DNA of 64,000 nucleotides from Squalus acanthias. Its lineage: Eukaryota. A model generated the notes under the pieces. It ran no database searches. It saw only the letters and a program-made list of their open reading frames with translations, and was not told the DNA's origin. Numbering within the stretch: position 1 is the stretch's first letter; every line of letters starts with the position of its first letter. Of the stretch, positions 27,301 to 36,699 are shown piece by piece. The DNA lies in NCBI GenBank assembly GCA_030390025.1, contig CM059433.1, forward strand, positions 2,728,001 to 2,792,000. Direction: 5' to 3'. Made by a program: the position numbers and the translations under genes.

Positions 27301-28831
27301 AGCTGTCTCCGCTGGCAGCTACCTCCAGGAAAAACTCCTTCCCCCCATCTATGGCCCCTAAGGCTGGCGCGGTCTGCAGATCCCTTTTTAACTTCTCGAA
27401 GGCTGCTTGGCAGCCCTCGTCCCAAAACCACTCCACCCCCTTATGGAGGAGTCGGAGGAGCGGCGCTGCTGTGGCCGCATAATCTTCGATAAAATCCCTG
27501 CAGTAACCGGTCAGTCCCAAGAAGGACCTCACACCCCTTACGTTGTTGGGAATCGGTAATTCTTGCACCGACTCCCTCCTTGCTTTGTCTATGGCTCTTT
27601 CCCCAGCGCGTATGGTCAGTCCCAGGAATTTTACTTCCCGCTGACCGATACATGCTTTCTTAGGGTTTATTTTAAAACCCTTTCTCGCTAACAGCTCCAA
27701 TAACTCGTCCAGTAGTGGTCCGTGCTCCTCCCTTGAGTCCGTAAATAGGAGCAAATCATCCACATACTGTACTATCTGATTGGGCTGACTAAACTCCTTT
27801 AAACTTCCTGCCATACACTGATGGAAAATACTGGGGCTATTGTGGAAACCCTGTGGCAGACAGTTCCATGTGTACTGTTGTCCTTTGAAAGTAAAGGCAA
27901 ACTTGTACTGGTCCTCTCGCCGCAGCGGGATGGACCAAAAACCGTTCGAGATATCCAGCACCGTGAACGTGGTCGCGGACGCTGGGATGCTCCCTATTAG
28001 GTCAGCAACTGCTGCTACCGTGGGCGCGCAGGCGGGAATGTTACTGTTAAGGACTCTGTAGTCCACCGTGGCTCTCCACGAATTATCCGGCTTCCTAACC
28101 GGCCATAATGGGGAGTTCACGTGTGTGGCTATCGGCCTCAACACGCCCTGCTGCACCAAGGAGGACATTGCTGTCTCCATATCGGGTTCTGCTTCTTTGG
28201 GGAAGTTATACTGCTTTTGGGGTCGGGTCATGGGGTCCCCATCTACGCTGACCTCAAACCCGACCACTCTCCCACAATCGTGCTTGTGGGTTGCAAACGC
28301 GTGCATATTATCTGACACGTACGTTTGCATGTCCGTTGGGACATCTGCGACCATAAGCCTGAGGTCGTAGCCTCCGGATGGCTGTACGGTACACAGGACC
28401 CCTGTTTCTTCCTCCCCCGGAATCACTATTACCTCGCCTTTTTCACCTTTAGCCCCCCAGAGACAGTGATTTCTGAGGTCCACGAGGATCCCGTGTCCCG
28501 ATAGGAGATCAGACCCGAGAATACCTCTTCCACCCCCCTCCTGCCATGCCATCAGTATACACTTCCACTTAAGGCGAAGTGTTCCCAAACGAATGGATAG
28601 CGGAAGGGAAAACGTGCCAGCCTGTTCTTTTCCTGTGAACCCCGCTAACGTGAATGGGACCTTGGTAGATAGCGGCGAGTCAAAAGGGTTATCTGTATGG
28701 ATTATGGTGCAAGAAGCTCCCGTGTCCAACAAATAACTACCCCTCTGTTTCTCTACCTCCATCTCCACCAAAGGTCGCTTCCACGCATCATAGCTAAGCG
28801 GACACAGGTAGACGGGCTGCGCCGGTTCTAG
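24335..28831 (-). CDS. pol: Pol polyprotein: protease, RT, tether RNase H, RNase H, integrase, long C-terminal tail (open from the codon after the gag stop)
   Basis: Motifs LLDTGAS (PR), LPQGF and YVDD (RT), IYVDGS/AQQAEL/SDS/KVKAH/GNQQAD (RNase H), HHCC, QIDY/SDQG/VER (IN DDE) and GPY. No internal stop. Confidence 0.97.
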   Translation of the reverse strand, partial: LEPAQPVYLCPLSYDAWKRPLVEMEVEKQRGSYLLDTGASCTIIHTDNPFDSPLSTKVPFTLAGFTGKEQAGTFSLPLSIRLGTLRLKWKCILMAWQEGGGRGILGSDLLSGHGILVDLRNHCLWGAKGEKGEVIVIPGEEETGVLCTVQPSGGYDLRLMVADVPTDMQTYVSDNMHAFATHKHDCGRVVGFEVSVDGDPMTRPQKQYNFPKEAEPDMETAMSSLVQQGVLRPIATHVNSPLWPVRKPDNSWRATVDYRVLNSNIPACAPTVAAVADLIGSIPASATTFTVLDISNGFWSIPLRREDQYKFAFTFKGQQYTWNCLPQGFHNSPSIFHQCMAGSLKEFSQPNQIVQYVDDLLLFTDSREEHGPLLDELLELLARKGFKINPKKACIGQREVKFLGLTIRAGERAIDKARRESVQELPIPNNVRGVRSFLGLTGYCRDFIEDYAATAAPLLRLLHKGVEWFWDEGCQAAFEKLKRDLQTAPALGAIDGGKEFFLEVAASGDSLSAVLLQERHGKLRPVVYSSRVLTDVERSFSNCERHLLATHWAVKRSAIFTGLSPITLLTHHTPTKMLLDGRIKDGTVSSARIARWTLLLSQLNLRVKGLCEPRLAANLVYPGTAHRCSVEGVWDVNIGLRAGIHPTGREIYVDGSSTVSAGERLTGCGVYDPAADLALAIKLPSTMSAQQAELSAVVYVVTHPDIFPTPYTICSDSMFTCNSCTEYLAIWSRRGYTSADGRPLTVKPLLEKILAAAVGEEGEIFIHKVKAHSSTEPRGEGNQQADALAREGARNGIFWNPYGTRPIAAVRGRDGNPRNTRVALPLDLKTVQAQDPALKAVLKTIAEGRQVEGPYSTATLSVKEGMLFREEQWVVPQQHRREFLQLAHEGPGAGHPGPEVTWQRVEQAGWWPGLREQVREFCANCLVCAANNPDPQKRKVPMGHVRRVEGPWQLIQIDYIGPLPTTQGGYKYCLVLVDVFSKWVEAFPCRTATALGTAKILVREVFSRWGLPRFVESDQGSHFTGQVMQNTLMLLGIEGKWHVAHNPQSSGIVERMNRTLKEKLRKETRNSPQKWAEVLPLVLMGVRASQSKSTGYSPHEVMTGRLMRTPTHVLAPVLTEGQLQEISRDKFAQTLLERLKQVYEQAAGNMGRQHQGNRLLLEPRKTREWEVGDQVMVRNYARVGSLEPLYMGPYNIVDKASPMVYAVKVPRRTKWFHINQCKLYQPGAQGKTTGVNPANGKAQPQVGPQGTQAGIAACIRGRDIPDDHAAFFWNWGLDEEEFRVPGSDEDSADEDSDDDGWFRRNGPFYDMEGTGAAGRDPHRVDTQAAGPEDRREELGEAGPAAMGAQRVPVWLPEMWPPALNVPSLGEAEITSEGPPAGPSRAGPQTASPEVREARSAKAEPATVVEPQVIPMEVSEPGPSITEPPPIATPRRSSREPQPRRMWSCPQTAPRRRVKVKITQIQAGHIAAATGCGRSEGRVSALPPSGRARSSLLRI

Positions 28832-30643
28832 TCATGGGGTACTATTAGACGGTCCTGCGGCACCTACGGGGCCGGTTGCGACCGCCACCTGTCCACGCGC
28901 ATTTAAGATTAGATTGCGCATGGCTCCTAACACTACTTCGAGGTCGTCAGGAGGGGTGGGTGCCTTAGCTTCCTTAGCCGGGACAGGCGCCTGGGCTCGG
29001 ACCGCGGGATTTTTATCCTTGGAATCCTTCCAAGGGTTCCTGCAATGCTTGCGCCAGTGCCCTGTCTTCCCACACCCGTAACAAGCATTACCTGCCTGTG
29101 GGGCGCGATTACCCTCCTGATGCCACTCTCTTTGATACGGGGCTGCGGGTCGTACCTCATGTACTCTTCCCTTAAGGGGACGGGTTGCCATACCCCTTAT
29201 ATTGCGATATCCTAACGTGAGTCGATTCAAGACCGACTCTTCCGTAATGTTGGGGTCATTGGGATCAAACCATGCTTTTGCCTGCTCTCTGACGGCTGGT
29301 AAACTGTTGGCTATTATGCACCTAAGCCAATGAGTTAAAGCTAAGCCTTCCACATCTTCGCGCTCGGGCGCACCTAGACAGCTGCGCTCATATACTGGCC
29401 ACAGCCTGTCGGCAAAAACCTTCGGGGGTTCTCCCTCCATCTGCACTGTCTGTCCCACTCTAGCAAACGGACCTTCATCGTTCGCCCCCAACACTTCCAG
29501 GACCTCATTCTTCAATTCCTCATAACTCTTGGTTCCCCTCTTGCTCTCGCCTGAGAGACACTGAAGGACCGAGCTGTCTAGTGAGAACAGCAGCATTTTT
29601 GCTGTCTCCCCATCATCGCAGCCGTTAATGGCTGCGGCTTGCTCAACTTCTCTGAAATGTACGGAAGGGTCGTCTGACTTGGTCAGCTTCCATACGTGAT
29701 TTATCATAGCTCTCAGCTGATGTGAGCTGTGAGGCAACACCAGCTGTCCGAGGAGATCCCCCGGTTCTTCCCCACCGTTTCTGCTTGGGCCCCTTTTAAT
29801 ACCCGTTACTGGATACAACGGCCCCTTTCCTACTTCTTTTTCAATGGGCTCTTTTGTTTCTTCCATTGCTTCCTCCCTTACCCAGGTTTCCGAATAGCTG
29901 GGTGGCGCGGAGGGCGCAGTGGCTACTACTTCTTCTGCTTTACTTGGTGGGGATTTCTTAAACTTCTCACTTGCTAGCGGCTGGTGTGCTGACGGACTGA
30001 TCAGGCACACCATGCCGTTCGCTTTGTTTACGGCCTTCTTGAGGTGCTCTATCTCCCTTTGGCAGGCGCTATGGTCGGCTCCCTCAAACTTATCCTCAAG
30101 GGCCAACTTATATGCCGCCCTAACCCCCGTTAAGCTCTCTTCTTGAGTTCTTATTTGGGCAGCTTGGCGGTTACATCTTTCCTTTAACCTGCTCTCATTC
30201 AACTTCGCCTCAGTGACCTGGCACTCGAGATAATCTATCCTTGTTTTAAGGTGACTGGAGATTTCCTGGCTTTCTTGGTGCAACTCATTTAAATTCTTAA
30301 TGAGCACCTCCCCTCCAGAAACCTTCTCATCCATTTCTCCCTCTAAATGACTGATTCGAGCTACTAGCGCTGTCATGGTCTGGTTTGAAATCTGAACCTG
30401 CCTTTTGTAACACATAAGCCAGACTGCTTTCTCAAGTGTCTTTTTATGTTCTTTACTATCTGTCCACCTTTCGGCTGCCTCTAGCGGGCTTTTATCCGCT
30501 AACAATTCACTTATCCACTTCTTAGTTAGATTAACCTTTCCGAACACATAATCTGCTATCTTTTCTTGCATAACATTTCGTACAGTCATTCCAAAGTCTA
30601 ACACATTACCCTCTCGCTGCCAGTGTCCTGCCGTGGTCGCCAT
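28832..30643 (-). CDS. gag: Gag polyprotein (603 aa)
   Basis: Located between the PBS and pol. N-terminal coiled-coil-like region, PSAPPSY late-domain motif, capsid-like helical region and CCHC knuckle CYGCGKTGHWRKHC. Confidence 0.92.
   Translation of the reverse strand: MATTAGHWQREGNVLDFGMTVRNVMQEKIADYVFGKVNLTKKWISELLADKSPLEAAERWTDSKEHKKTLEKAVWLMCYKRQVQISNQTMTALVARISHLEGEMDEKVSGGEVLIKNLNELHQESQEISSHLKTRIDYLECQVTEAKLNESRLKERCNRQAAQIRTQEESLTGVRAAYKLALEDKFEGADHSACQREIEHLKKAVNKANGMVCLISPSAHQPLASEKFKKSPPSKAEEVVATAPSAPPSYSETWVREEAMEETKEPIEKEVGKGPLYPVTGIKRGPSRNGGEEPGDLLGQLVLPHSSHQLRAMINHVWKLTKSDDPSVHFREVEQAAAINGCDDGETAKMLLFSLDSSVLQCLSGESKRGTKSYEELKNEVLEVLGANDEGPFARVGQTVQMEGEPPKVFADRLWPVYERSCLGAPEREDVEGLALTHWLRCIIANSLPAVREQAKAWFDPNDPNITEESVLNRLTLGYRNIRGMATRPLKGRVHEVRPAAPYQREWHQEGNRAPQAGNACYGCGKTGHWRKHCRNPWKDSKDKNPAVRAQAPVPAKEAKAPTPPDDLEVVLGAMRNLILNARGQVAVATGPVGAAGPSNSTP
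30625..30642 (-). promoter_or_regulatory. Primer binding site, tRNA-Arg(UCG)-type
   Basis: Minus strand TGGCGACCACGGCAGGAC, 5 nt after the 5' LTR. Its complement GTCCTGCCGTGGTCGCCA matches the vertebrate tRNA-Arg(TCG) 3' end as I recall it (GTCCTGCCGCGGTCGCCA) at 17/18. Confidence 0.8.
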
Positions 30644-30647
30644 TTTC

Positions 30648-32262
30648 TGTAAGGGATTCTGACCCTGCGTGTCTCGCAGCCTGTGAGATTCACGCGGCTC
30701 TGTGCAGCCTGTATGTCAGTGCGGGTCTAGGCCTTGTTGCCTGTTCTGGTCTCCAGCCAGTCTGGGAACACTAGACACACCTGTGAGTGGTTCGAATCAC
30801 TTGCCCTTACGGTTCTAGACACTGGACTTAGATGCGAGAGCAGTAATGGAGATGAAACTCATGTAGACTCGGTTGAATGGTACGAAATGGAAAATCTTTA
30901 TTGCATGATACTTAAGATTATGAAATACATGTCATAAGCACAGATTAATGACAGTACAATCTTACAAGCAGTTATATAGTCGATCTTAGGGAAACGAGGA
31001 ACGAACGGCACATAGTAAATAGGGGCACACATTACAAATATCCTTAATCCTTAAACCCTCCCCTATCAATATCTATCCTAAACTAGATTCGTAGGATTTC
31101 GAGACTCATGCTCACCACTCGTGATAACTCGGAGAAATTCCGAATAGCTGATCGGATGTTTTTCAGCGCAGCACCCACGTGTCGGTCAGGAGATCTCCTG
31201 GTCCCACTTGTTTACTTGCTTCTGCTGCTCCGGCTAGCAGGCTGGAACGTCTGCTGTGATGAAGACCTGTGTTGGTTGGTTTAACAGGTACTTTTCGAGC
31301 ACAGTTGTCAATATCATCGATACGATATGTTTCTTTGCAAGTTCGAAGAAGTCTTCCTGGCAAGGAAAACTTGGCTAATCGACCTACAGGCGCGGTCGGG
31401 ATTTACTGACCGTGGCGATGGATATGGTCTTCCTCTCTTCTCATCTCATCTCATCTCCTCTCATCTCATCTCGAGCCTTTGGTTCCGCTGCCAGTTACCA
31501 ACATAGGTCTTCGTTACGCGACACGAGGTAGATCCGAACGGATCAGAAAGTTCAACAGTCCTTTTCAAAGAGGCAACAGGCAAGCAGGAGCCCAACTACG
31601 AGTACACAGGAGCAGCCACGATGATAAGAGAAAGATGGACGGTTTGGAGCCTGCAATTATAGTGCAAAATCTTCCGTTTCCCGCCCAACTATAATGTCCA
31701 TTCTTTTGTTTAGGGTCTGGCGCTCAAATGTCTTGTATGGGTGATCTCCGTTCTTAATGGGTTTCGGGGCTACTCGTAAATGTCTGAGTACCTGTTAATA
31801 TTTCTCCCATTGTTAAATCGGTCGGTGTTTTCCCTGGAGGGGTTGTGGGGCTTCCAAGTGTTTTGTATAACTACCTGCTAACGGCTCTCTCATCGTAGAG
31901 TCGTTGGGATTTTACATATTAATGTCTTTTGGATGGGCCCTTGATTACTCGGTACAATGGCTTTCATTTGTACCTGGGAGACCGATTTCAGTATTTATGT
32001 GTATACTGCAAACCCATAATGTCTCGTGTATTATCTTCACTGTGCTGAATCTTAATCGATCTTGCACAAATGTTTATTGGAACGCCATCTTGTCTGCCTG
32101 TTGAAAAGTCTAGAATGTTCTGTCACGAGGTGCGGCGACCATTTTACAGGCTGCTTGTGTCCACTTTAAACCTGGCAGCATTCTGCTGAAATAAAAGCTG
32201 TTTGAACGAAACTCTGTGTTTTCTCCTTATTAATAAAATCGCGATATATTGCGAATTCTACA
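30648..32262 (-). repeat. 5' LTR of provirus
   Basis: Direct repeat of 19626-21240, adjacent to the PBS. Confidence 0.97.
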
Positions 32263-32514
32263 CTCAAAAGCACATAAAATAGCAGACCAACTTATTTTAA
32301 TCAGATATACCTCTAATTGTGTTAATTTTTTTAAATCAATGTGCAATACTATTACCTAGCTCGATTGAATATAAAGTACCTTTCTTTACCACATGTGCTG
32401 CATTACTGCCTATGGTAGCAGACTGCAGTATGAGTAAATCTGTTGTAATGTTACTGCATACAGAATGATTGAGGCAATGCAACCTATTAAGAAAAATTCA
32501 GGTTAAGTTTACAC

Positions 32515-32970
32515 AATATCAGGGTTGAGGGACTTCAGTTACGTGAAGAGATTAGAGAAGCTGAGATTGTGCTCCTTAGAGCAGAGAGGGTTAAGGGGAT
32601 ATTTAATAGAGGTGTTCAAAATTATGAGGGGTTTTGATAGAGTAACTAAGGAGAAACTGTTTCCACTGGCAGGAGGGTCGGTAACCAGAGGACATAGATT
32701 TAAGGTAATTGGCAAAAGAACCAGAGGGGAGATGAGGAGAAATAAATTTACGCAGTGAGTTGTTGTGATCTGGAATGCGCTGCCTGAAAGGACGATGGAA
32801 GCAGATTCAATAATAACTTTCAGAAGGGAATTGGATATATAATTGAAAAGGAAACATTTTCAGGGCTATGGGGAAAGAGCGGGTGGAGTAGGACTAATTG
32901 GAGAGCTCTTTCAAAAAAACTAGCACAAGCACAATGGGCCGAATGGCCTCCTTCTGTGCCATAACATTTC
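32515..32970 (+). mobile_element. CR1 LINE 3' fragment
   Basis: ORF 32525-32758 is a CR1 C-terminus, followed by the 3' UTR gggccgaatggcctccttctgtgc. Confidence 0.85.
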
Positions 32971-33249
32971 ATGATAATATTTATATTATTACTCCTGTGT
33001 GACCCACAAAGAAACACTGGAGGAAATAATCTCAATGAAAATACTTTCTGTTTTGCATTTCCCATGTGTAATAAAAAAAGCTACAATGAAGTGAAATCCA
33101 GATTTATATTCCTACCAATGCCTCCGGGAAAACTGACATTGAGAGGCTTAGGTCCTGGGAGCTGCGATTGGTTATAAATCCAGCCCCAACTTCAGAGATG
33201 GAAATCTCTTTTGTTGTGCAATGCAGTTAAGCACGATCAACTATGTTCG

Positions 33250-33990
33250 AAAGAAAGAAATTACATTTTTATAGCACCTTAACATATCCTCAGGACATCC
33301 CAAAATTCTTCACAGCTAATGAATTCATTTTGAAGAGCAGTCACTGTTACGTAGGCAGATGCAGCAGCCAATTTGTACACAGCAAGGTCCCACAAAGAGA
33401 AATGAGTGACGAGTTAATCTGTTTTGGTTGAGAGAGGAATGTTGACCCAGACACCAGGAGACCTCCCTGTTCTTCATCAAAAAATGTCCCAGATTTTTAA
33501 CATCTACTGGAACAGGCAGACAGGACTCAGTTCAATGTCTCATCTGAAAGATGACAATTCCAACAGTGCAGTATCACAATCCCCACAGTGCAGATAGAGG
33601 CCATTTCGGCCCATTGAGCCTGCACCGACACATATCCCACCCTATCCCCGTAACCCCACGTATTTAATCCCCCCTAACACTAAGGGTCAATTTATCATAG
33701 CCAAATCAACCTAACCCGCACATCTTTGGACTGTGGGAGGAAACCAGAGCACCCGGAGGAAACCCACGCAGACACGGGGAGAATGTGCAAACTTCACACA
33801 GACAGTCACCCTGAGGCCGGATTCGAACCCGGGTCCCTGGCGCTGTGAGGCAACAGTGCTAACCACTATACCACCGTGTTCCCAGTACTCCCTCAGTGCT
33901 GCAGTGACAGATCAGCCTAGATTATGTGAGGCTTGAACCCACGGCTTCTGGCTCAGAGGTGAATGTGCTACCAACTGAGCCTAGCTGATG
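33250..33990 (-). mobile_element. Older Deu-type SINE interrupted by a tRNA-derived HE1/V-SINE-like element (~33580-33878)
   Basis: Flanks resemble 17325-17780. The insert has a tRNA-like head (cacggtggtatagtggttagcactg...gggttcgaatcc) and a CR1-like tail. Confidence 0.7.
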
Positions 33991-34933
33991 CAGCTTTGCG
34001 GTGGCTGTGCCCAACAGCACATGATTTAAGTGTATTTCTAGGCAAAGTAGTAGCAGGTTTATTCTGCATCTGGCCTATATTGAGAGTGTTGATGGGGACA
34101 TTGGGTGGCCAACAGAGCGCGTGTTCAATTTCCCAGCACGGACATCCCTCATCTTGATAAGCAACAAAATCCATAGTCATCGACCATTAAATCCTTTTTG
34201 GAATGAGCATGATCTCTGATTCAGAACATAATCAATATTCATCCTAAATTAAAGGTATCTTTGAGCTATTAGGAAATACAAAGGGATCCTCTGGACATCT
34301 TCTAACTGCCTGCTTCAGAATTGAAAGTTTATGTCCTGTTTGGTGTTAATCTGGACAGCAGATTCATTGGCTCAGCATTGGATGAATCAGACATCTTTTT
34401 TCCTGTGGGCCCATAAAACTGCCGTATTTATCATGACTAACCATTCTAAAGTACAGTGCAACCACGATGCATATTTTTAACCTTTTCTGCGTCATAATTG
34501 TTTCTGCGATTGTTTGTGACCTAAACAAATTGGGGTAAAGCAGTTAATTGAGGAGACATATCAGCTATTTGAAAGTTGGAATGGTTGGAGCATCTGCTGC
34601 CATTTTTGAAGCCCCACAGTACTTAATGAAGGATAAGCAGGCCTCCATGTCCGTTTATTCTTCGATAATCCAAACTAATCTAGGTTTAAGACCAAAAACT
34701 GAAGTGGGTCTAAGTCAGTTTGGAGTTCGAGGGTTTGCAAGGCCTACAGTAAAAAAATGATTAAATTTGTCCCATTTATGCTTCAATCCAACGTCTTTTT
34801 AAAAATTAAATGGAATGTTAAAGTGCAACTTTTCAAAACTCAGTGGGGTAGATCTTGACTTTGTGCGATAATGTAAAACGGATTTTTATTTCCATTGACG
34901 TTATTCCCCCGTTCCACCCAAACCGTCGGGTGG

Positions 34934-35639
34934 CCAGGCTGGCTCCTGGGGGACAAGGGCTAGCCTCTCACCAAGCTGGCTCCTGGGGGACAAGGGCTAG
35001 CCTTTCACCAGGCTGGCTCCTGGGGGACAAGGGCTAGCCTCTCACCAGGCTGGCTCCTAGGGGACAAGGGCTAGCCTCTCACCAGGCTGGCTCCTGGGGG
35101 ACAAGGGCTAGCCTTTCACCAGGCTGGCTCCTGGGGGACAAGGGCTAGCCTCTCACCAGGCTGGCTCCTAGGGGACAAGGGCTAGCCTCTCACCAGGCTG
35201 GCTCCTAGGGGACAAGGGCTAGCCTCTCACCAGGCTGGCTCCTAGGGGACAAGGGCTAGCCTTTCACCAGGCTGGCTCCTGGGGGACAAGGGCTAGCCTT
35301 TCACCAGGCTGGCTCCTGGGGGACAAGGGCTAGCCTCTCACCAGGCTGGCTCCTAGGGGACAAGGGCTAGCCTTTCACCAGGCTGGCTCCTGGGGGACAA
35401 GGGCTAGCCTTTCACCAGGCTGGCTCCTGGGGGACAAGGGCTAGCCTTTCACCAGGCTGGCTCCTGGGGGACAAGGGCTAGCCTTTCACCAGGCCGGATC
35501 CTGGGGGACAAGGGCTAGCCTTTCACCAGGCCGGATCCTGGGGGACAAGGGCTAGCCTTTCACCAGGCCGGATCCTGGGGGACAAGGGCTAGCCTCTCAC
35601 CAGGCTGGCTCCTGGGGAACAAGGGCTAGCCTCTCACCA
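34934..35639 (+). repeat. 37-bp minisatellite, ~19 copies
   Basis: Unit CCAGGCTGGCTCCT(G/A)GGGGACAAGGGCTAGCCT(C/T)TCA in head-to-tail copies with no spacers. Confidence 0.97.
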
Positions 35640-35950
35640 ACTTGTTCATGATTCCTGTCAGGAACCCAGGCACAGAGGCTGAGCTCCGATATAATCAGAG
35701 CAATGCATCAACAAGGGTTCTCACTGAGCAAACCATTGGCATCCTAAAACAAGGGTTCTGTTGTCTGGACAGATCGGGAGGGGGTCCTTCAGTATAGCGA
35801 GTCTCAAGGTTCTTCATCAATTGCTACATGCTCCACAATTTAGCTATTCAAAGGGGAGTTGTCCTGGAGATTCCTGAGGAGGAAGAAGTGGATCAGGAAG
35901 GTGAAGAAGGGGATGAGGAGAGGGAGGAGGCAGAAGAAGAGCATGGCCCA
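35640..35950 (+). pseudogene. Harbinger transposase C-terminal remnant
   Basis: Translates ...MIPVRNPGTEAELRYNQSNASTRVLTEQTIGILKQGFCCLDRSGG..LQY...MLHNLAIQRG, homologous to the remnant at 49900-50160. Confidence 0.8.
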
Positions 35951-35959
35951 GCAGTAATG

Positions 35960-36430
35960 TGTCAGCTGTGGCTCAGTTGGTAGCACACTCGCCTCTGAGT
36001 CTGAAGGTTGTGGGTTCTAGTCCCACTCCAGGAACTTGAGCACATAAAGCTAGGCTGACACTCCAGTGCAGTGCTGAGGGAGTGCCGCACTGTCGGAGGT
36101 GCGGTCTTTCAGATGAGATGTTAAACCGAGGCCCCGTCTGCTCTCTCAGGTGGATGTAAAAGATCCCATGGCACTATTTTGAAGAAGAGCAGGGGAGTTA
36201 TCCCCGGTGTCCTGGCCAATATTTATCCCTCAACCAACATACCAAAAACAGATTATCTGGTCATTATCACGTTGCTGTTTGCGGGAGCTTGCTGTGCGCT
36301 AATTGGCTGCCACATTTCCCACATTACAACAGTGACTACACTTCACAAAGTACCTCATTGGCTGTAAAGTGCTTTGAGACGTCCGGTGGTCGTGAAAGGT
36401 GCTACATAAATGCAAGTCTTTCTTTCTTTA
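35960..36430 (+). mobile_element. tRNA-derived Deu-type SINE, full length
   Basis: A/B-box-like head (gtggctcagttggtagc...gggttctagtccc) and (tctt)n tail. Confidence 0.8.
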
Positions 36431-36699
36431 CAGCGAGCTGTCAGAGCTGTAAGGCAGCAGATTATTGAGGATAGGGTATCAAGATCAATCCCTCTCCAAC
36501 ACCCAGCACCAACACTCCCTCTTTCCATTAGACCCAATCCTGACAACCACAATATTAATGCCCTAAAACTGTACAACTTTTGTTAAACATTCAATAAACT
36601 TCTTCCTGCAGTGCAGCCATGTCCTGTGGCGATACTCCTCACACTATCGTGCTCTGCTTCCTCCGCCTACTCACACACAGGCCGTGTCCTCTGCTTCTA

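Larger units (their letters stand above)
19626..32262 (-). mobile_element. Full-length endogenous provirus, lokiretrovirus-like (LTR-gag-pol-env-LTR)
   Basis: Two 1615-bp direct repeats with TGTA...TACA ends, TSD CTCA (19622-19625, 32263-32266), PBS, PPT, and gag, pol and env ORFs on the minus strand. Confidence 0.95.

Noticed and set aside
24426..29977. Plus-strand ORFs antisense to gag/pol
   Set aside because: Typical shadow ORFs of GC-rich coding sequence, with no recognisable domains.
34934..35639. CRISPR-like array of 37-bp repeats
   Set aside because: Units are contiguous with no unique spacers, there are no cas genes and the context is eukaryotic; it is a minisatellite.
35960..36040. 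tRNA gene
   Set aside because: It is the tRNA-derived head of a SINE that continues into the SINE body and tail.
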